Positions 59,642 to 64,000 of a stretch of 64,000 nt of DNA are shown piece after piece (position 1 is the stretch's first letter; each line of letters begins with the position of its first letter). The stretch covers positions 744,989 to 808,988 of the forward strand of contig MTMF02000009.1 of assembly GCA_002011125.2 (NCBI GenBank). The letters are read 5' to 3'. The translations under genes were made by a program, and so were the position numbers. A model generated the notes under the pieces. The model was not told the DNA's origin. It saw only the letters and a program-made list of their open reading frames with translations, and did no database searches. This stretch comes from Candidatus Hydrothermarchaeum profundi (GTDB lineage Archaea; Hydrothermarchaeota; Hydrothermarchaeia; Hydrothermarchaeales; Hydrothermarchaeaceae).

Positions 59642-61030
59642 ATGTTACTAAAATTTGTGAATAGAGGGGAAGAATTGACATTTCTAGAAGAAAAATGGAA
59701 GGAGAAAAAACCTCAGCTTGTGGTGATATATGGCAGGCGTAGGATTGGAAAGACAGAGCTAGTGAAACAGTTCATTAAAGAGAAACCTTCCTTCTATTTT
59801 CTTGCCAAAAAACAGAAGCTGGAGCTTGAGGTTGAGAGGCTTGCAAAGAGATTTTCAATGAAGTTTAACACCTATGTTGAAGCTGAAGATTTCGAAGAAC
59901 TCTTCGAAAGAATCTCCGGATTCTTCGGCGAAAAAAGACATATAATAGTTATAGATGAGTTTTCCCACTGGATGGAAGAAGACAAAAGAATTCCATCAAC
60001 CTTTCAGCTAATTTGGGATGAGATCCTCAGTGAATCCAAGACTTTTTTAATTCTCTGTGGCTCCAGTGTGGGGATGATGGAATCCCTATTTTCCTATAAA
60101 AACCCTCTCTACGGTAGGCGTACTGGTCAATGGCAAATTGCTCCATTGAAGTTTTCAGATATAGGGGAGTTCCTTCCATCCTATTCTATAGAAGACCTCG
60201 TTAAGGTTTATGCATGCGTAGGGGGGGTCCCTCAGTACTTAGCAGAATTCGCAGAGGAGAGGAGCTTTGAGGAAAACCTAATCAACACATTTTACAGGAA
60301 AGGAAGCATTCTTTATGAGGATGGCGAGTGGTTGCTCAGAGAGGAACTTAGGCAACCTACAGTTTACCTTAACATCTTAACTGCTATTGCTGAGGGCTCA
60401 ACGAGGCTTTCTGAAATAGCTGGGAAAAGCAGGGTGGATATAACGAATATTCCCAAATATCTCAAAGTTCTTTTGACGTTGGGTCTAATTAAAAGGGAAT
60501 TTCCCGTCGGCAAGGTAGAAAGAAAGTCTAGGGATTTTGTCTATAAAGTGAAGGATCTCTACTATAATTTCTGGCTGAGATTCGTTTATCCTTATAAAGA
60601 CGATATTGAGATAGGGAATTTTAAGTTCGAACTCTGCCGTAAGCCCTTTGAAAAGTATCTCGGCGCAGTGTTTGAAGATATAGCTAGGGAGTTGCTAAGT
60701 AGAGTTTTCCCTCTTTACAGTATTGGAAGCTGGTGGCATCGAGGCGAAGAGATAGATCTAGTGGCTCTAAATGAAAGAAAAAAAGAGATAGCCTTTTTCG
60801 AAGTAAAATGGAGCTGTCTTGAGATGGGGGAGGCGAGGAGAATTGTAGAGGACCTTCACAGAAAAGCCGGGCTTATGAAATGGTACAATAGAGAGAGAAG
60901 GGAGAAATACGGGATAATAGCCAGAGAGATAAAAAACAAAAAGAATCTATGGGAGGAGGGAATCTTGGCTTATGACCTTACCGACATCAAAGTACTATTA
61001 AGGACAGCAGGCAGACCTCAAAAACGATAA
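59642..61030 (+). CDS. Archaeal AAA ATPase + wHTH + DUF234 (COG1672-like)
   Basis: FVNRGEEL, YGRRRIGKT, VIDEF, LYGRRT, GGVP and EIDLVA...EVKW motifs. Confidence 0.92.
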   Translation: MLLKFVNRGEELTFLEEKWKEKKPQLVVIYGRRRIGKTELVKQFIKEKPSFYFLAKKQKLELEVERLAKRFSMKFNTYVEAEDFEELFERISGFFGEKRHIIVIDEFSHWMEEDKRIPSTFQLIWDEILSESKTFLILCGSSVGMMESLFSYKNPLYGRRTGQWQIAPLKFSDIGEFLPSYSIEDLVKVYACVGGVPQYLAEFAEERSFEENLINTFYRKGSILYEDGEWLLREELRQPTVYLNILTAIAEGSTRLSEIAGKSRVDITNIPKYLKVLLTLGLIKREFPVGKVERKSRDFVYKVKDLYYNFWLRFVYPYKDDIEIGNFKFELCRKPFEKYLGAVFEDIARELLSRVFPLYSIGSWWHRGEEIDLVALNERKKEIAFFEVKWSCLEMGEARRIVEDLHRKAGLMKWYNRERREKYGIIAREIKNKKNLWEEGILAYDLTDIKVLLRTAGRPQKR

Positions 61031-61036
61031 GCATAA

Positions 61037-61168
61037 TCACCACCATTTGACGCTTTCCTTGAATTTTGTTGGCTTCTCTTTCTCTCCTAGTTTTCTAAAT
61101 ATGTATAGGTGTTCATGGGCTATTAGCAGAAAGTCGTACTTGCGTCCCCTCCATTTTTCTCTAGTAAC
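61037..61168 (-). pseudogene. 3' remnant of a probable DNA methyltransferase gene
   Basis: VTREKWRGRKYDFLLIAHEHLYIFRK...KWW*; no start; matched from recall to the C-terminus of archaeal N4/N6 MTases. Confidence 0.55.
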
Positions 61169-61210
61169 CGAAAAGTTTAGATCGCATAGAAGAACTGAGT
61201 TAATAAATAC

Positions 61211-62147
61211 ATGGACTTAAAATTAAGACCAGAAATAGCAGCTAACTACAAAAGTTTATCTCAGAAAGCAAGAGTAATGACTGAGACATGGGCTACTGAA
61301 AATATGTACTGCCCCTCTTGTCCGTCAGATAACTTAGACCTGTGCCAACTAGAAAAAAGGTCATCGATTTTACTTGCCCTGATTGTGGGGAAAAATATCA
61401 GCTAAAAAGTCAAAGCTATCCCTTTGGGTCTAGTGTAGCGAATTCTGCATACGAATCTAAGATTAAATCCATATATGAGAGAAGAAATCCGAATTACCTT
61501 TTTCTTCACTATAACCCCAGGGTATACAGAGTCCAAAATCTTTTCTTGGTGCCTAAGCATTTCATCACCCCTCTATAATCAAAAAGCGAAAACCACTTAG
61601 AGAAGGCGCTAGGAGAAGCGGCTGGGTTGGTTCAAACATTCTCTTGCGAAATTTACCGAAGGATGCATATATCTTTATTGTGGAAGATGGATATGAGACT
61701 CCTAAATCTAAGGTAAGAAGAGAATGGAGCCGATTTTTGTTTCTACGTGAGCAAACGATCTACTCCAGTGGATGGTTATCTGACGTACTTGCATGTGTTA
61801 GAGACTTGGAGCGGGAGGAATTCAGTCTCGCTGATGTGTATACATTTGAAAAGCGGTTATCAGACCTCTATCCTAGAAATAAACATATCTGCGCAAAGAT
61901 TCGTCAGCAGTTGCAGGTTTTGCGAGATCATGGTGTTATTGAGTTTTTAGGAAGAGGTAAATACCGTATAAAAAGCTTTAACTCTCGCTTCTGCATTAGG
62001 GATCATCTAGAATATTCTTTAAATCCTCAAGGTCCCCATAAGCTAGATGGAGATATTTGTCATTCTTTGTTAATGTCAAAGTCTCTTCGCCCTGAATGTA
62101 GTAGGGCTCGAAATAAACCTCCCAGCCCAGAGACATCAAAGAAATAA
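61211..62147 (+). pseudogene. DpnI-like (Dam-replacing family) methyl-directed endonuclease with two frameshifts
   Basis: YKSLSQKARVMTE.W...YCPSC / DFTCPDC..YQLKS / RRSGWVGSNI...KIRQQLQVLRD.G.IEF in three ORFs. Confidence 0.85.
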
Positions 62148-62223
62148 TAGCCTCTTTTAATTTCTTTTCCCACTTAGCGTTAAACTCTTTTTCAGGATCG
62201 AAATTTAATTCTCTTCTTGTCAT
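61996..62223 (-). CDS. Hypothetical protein (possibly a gene fragment)
   Basis: 75-aa ORF with coding-like composition only. Confidence 0.35.
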   Translation of the reverse strand: MTRRELNFDPEKEFNAKWEKKLKEAIISLMSLGWEVYFEPYYIQGEETLTLTKNDKYLHLAYGDLEDLKNILDDP

Positions 62224-62456
62224 AAGATTCTTCTCTTTTGAAATGAAACAGATTTATTAAGCACGGATACATGTGAGAGATAAATCTGATATTCTGGTAG
62301 GTCAATGGTAGCAGCTTTAAATGTACCTCTTTGGTATAGCCCTAACATTATAACTGTTTCTCTACTATTTTTCTTCATCTACTGATGGGATCAAAAAAAG
62401 GAGTATTTATAGATTCTGATCTAAATTACTGGAAAATAGAAATAAAGGAATTTATT

Positions 62457-63031
62457 TCATCTTTTAGGATATACATCTACCTTTGGAACCGGAAGCATAA
62501 AAAGTCTTTCTAGCTTATCATAGAGTGGGCTACCTTGGAATGTATCTAGGATATAGAACTTGGTTGAGAAGCCCGACTAGAATAGCCCCGACTTCTCTAT
62601 CTCGTAGTAGAGTTCTAGTTCTTTTATCGCCTTGTTTATCTTCTTTTTCTCCGGTCTTTAGGGCGTATTTCACAAGTTCTTTAAGTTCTTTTTTGGCTTC
62701 CCCTACCTTCTTGGCTAGGCTCTTGTTTTTTGTTCTCATCTTTTCTTGAGACTATGTCGGAGATCTGTGACTCTATCCCTTTTCTCTTCTTTTTCTTGGC
62801 TCTTTTCAGTCTCTCCCGGGGTATAAGCCCTCTGTCAGCCTTACGGTGGCATGTTGGGCAGAGAACGATGAGGTTATGCGGCCTGTCGCTTCCCCCATAT
62901 TTAACCGGGTAGATAGGAGGGATATCAAGTACTTCAGGGTCATATCTCCCGTCGCATATCTGGCACTTAAACTCTACCTTTAACTTAAGATTCCTTTTTT
63001 GCGCCTCAGTTAGACCTAGGTTTCCCCCCAT
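62457..63031 (-). pseudogene. HNH endonuclease gene, degenerate and frameshifted
   Basis: CQIC...LDIPPI..VKYGGSD..HNLIVLCPTCH; the C-terminal part continues in other frames. Confidence 0.7.
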
Positions 63032-63325
63032 CTCTCCACTTCTTTCTCGTTCACGAGATATTAAAAATTCTTCTAATCACGAATTGTATAAACTTTTATT
63101 ATTTTATTATCCGAACTATGTAATGTCATAGTCTCTATATAAAGCTCCTTATGTACGAGCACATTTGAGGAGTGTTAGGTTGGTGATTTTTCTCCATTTC
63201 GCTTATTTAATGGACAGCAATGTTAACATATATTGCAGAGGACAGCAAAGTAAATACTTCCGTATACTTTTAAAAATAAGTGTATATTTAAGGAATGGCT
63301 CCTATACTGTTAAAATAGAGTGGGA

Positions 63326-64000
63326 ATGTCCTCTATTAAATCTACTGTTTGGAAACTCGATCCGCACACTAAGGCTAAACATGAAATCCTAGAATACTAT
63401 CTGAAGCAGTGGTTCCCTATTTTAACAAAGTGGTCCGGCAGAGTAGTTTACCTTGACGGGTTTGCAGGTCCAGGAATTTACAGTAACGGCGAAGAGGGAT
63501 CTCCGATTATCGCTCTTAGGACAGCCGTTAACCATGTGCTCCGTGATAGATTTAAAGAGATAGTCTTCTGGTTCATAGAGAAAGACAAAGCCCGTGCTAA
63601 AAAGCTAAAAGAGGTCTTGAAAGACCGATTCCCAGATTTGCCAAGTAATATGGTATATGAGGTTGAAGGTGGAGAGTTTGCTCCTTCCCTTGAAAAAACA
63701 CTAGACAAGCTGGAAGGCGAGGGGACTAGGCTTGCTCCAACGTTTGCATTCCTCGATCCTTTCGGTTTTTCTGGATTGCCTATGGAACTTATCTCTCGGA
63801 TGATGAAAAACCCGAAATGTGAAGTCATGATAACTTTCATGACGGACTTTATAAACAGATTTAATGATGAAGAAAGGGAAAGAGCTCTCAACGAGTTATA
63901 TGGAACAGACAAATGGCAAAAAATAAGAGATATAAGGGACAGTGATGAGAGAACTAGATTTCTCATAGATTTATATCAAGAACAATTGATGGAACTTGGG
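63326..64000 (+). CDS. tcmP: Three-Cys-motif partner protein TcmP (SAM-MTase-like fold); partial, runs off the window
   Basis: HTKAKHEILEYYL..W, YLDGFAGPG, GSPIIAL and FLDPFG motifs; absent from the ORF track because there is no stop. Confidence 0.88.
   Translation, partial: MSSIKSTVWKLDPHTKAKHEILEYYLKQWFPILTKWSGRVVYLDGFAGPGIYSNGEEGSPIIALRTAVNHVLRDRFKEIVFWFIEKDKARAKKLKEVLKDRFPDLPSNMVYEVEGGEFAPSLEKTLDKLEGEGTRLAPTFAFLDPFGFSGLPMELISRMMKNPKCEVMITFMTDFINRFNDEERERALNELYGTDKWQKIRDIRDSDERTRFLIDLYQEQLMELG

Noticed and set aside
1-64000. tRNA/rRNA genes, IS elements, integrase genes
   Set aside because: None recognised; no transposase or integrase ORF or terminal inverted repeats seen

Overview
Archaeal chromosome segment: archaeal-type ThrRS, a thermosome subunit, the archaeal modified-mevalonate enzymes, and GGAGG/GGTGA ribosome-binding sites. 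The taxon cannot be fixed from sequence alone. From left to right it holds: a 2011-aa secreted surface protein and its PGF-pre-PGF partner; housekeeping genes; a KaiC / tandem-V4R / radical-SAM-SPASM / UbiA / two-component signalling cluster with an AT-rich core; and ubiX-ubiD-acnX. A stand-alone CRISPR array (18 repeats), a HEPN-MNT pair and a broken merB-like gene separate that block from the AcnX small subunit. Next is a minimal type III (III-F-like) CRISPR-Cas locus: HD-bearing Cas10 with no GGDD, cas5, small subunit, one cas7, then cas6-cas1-cas2-cas4 and a 34-repeat array with the same repeat and an identical 126-bp leader. A divergent CARF-like gene lies upstream, and a toxin-antitoxin pair sits between the array and its degenerate trailer repeats. 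The window continues with a heavy-metal island, tmk and transporters, the moa cluster, a divergent thermosome, and a decaying defence island (HEPN, MTase, DpnI and HNH remnants, TcmP). The best candidates for an undescribed system are the cyclase-dead type III locus with its CARF-like neighbour and TA-split array, and the KaiC-V4R-rSAM-UbiA module. All family calls are by motif recognition by eye; no database search was run.
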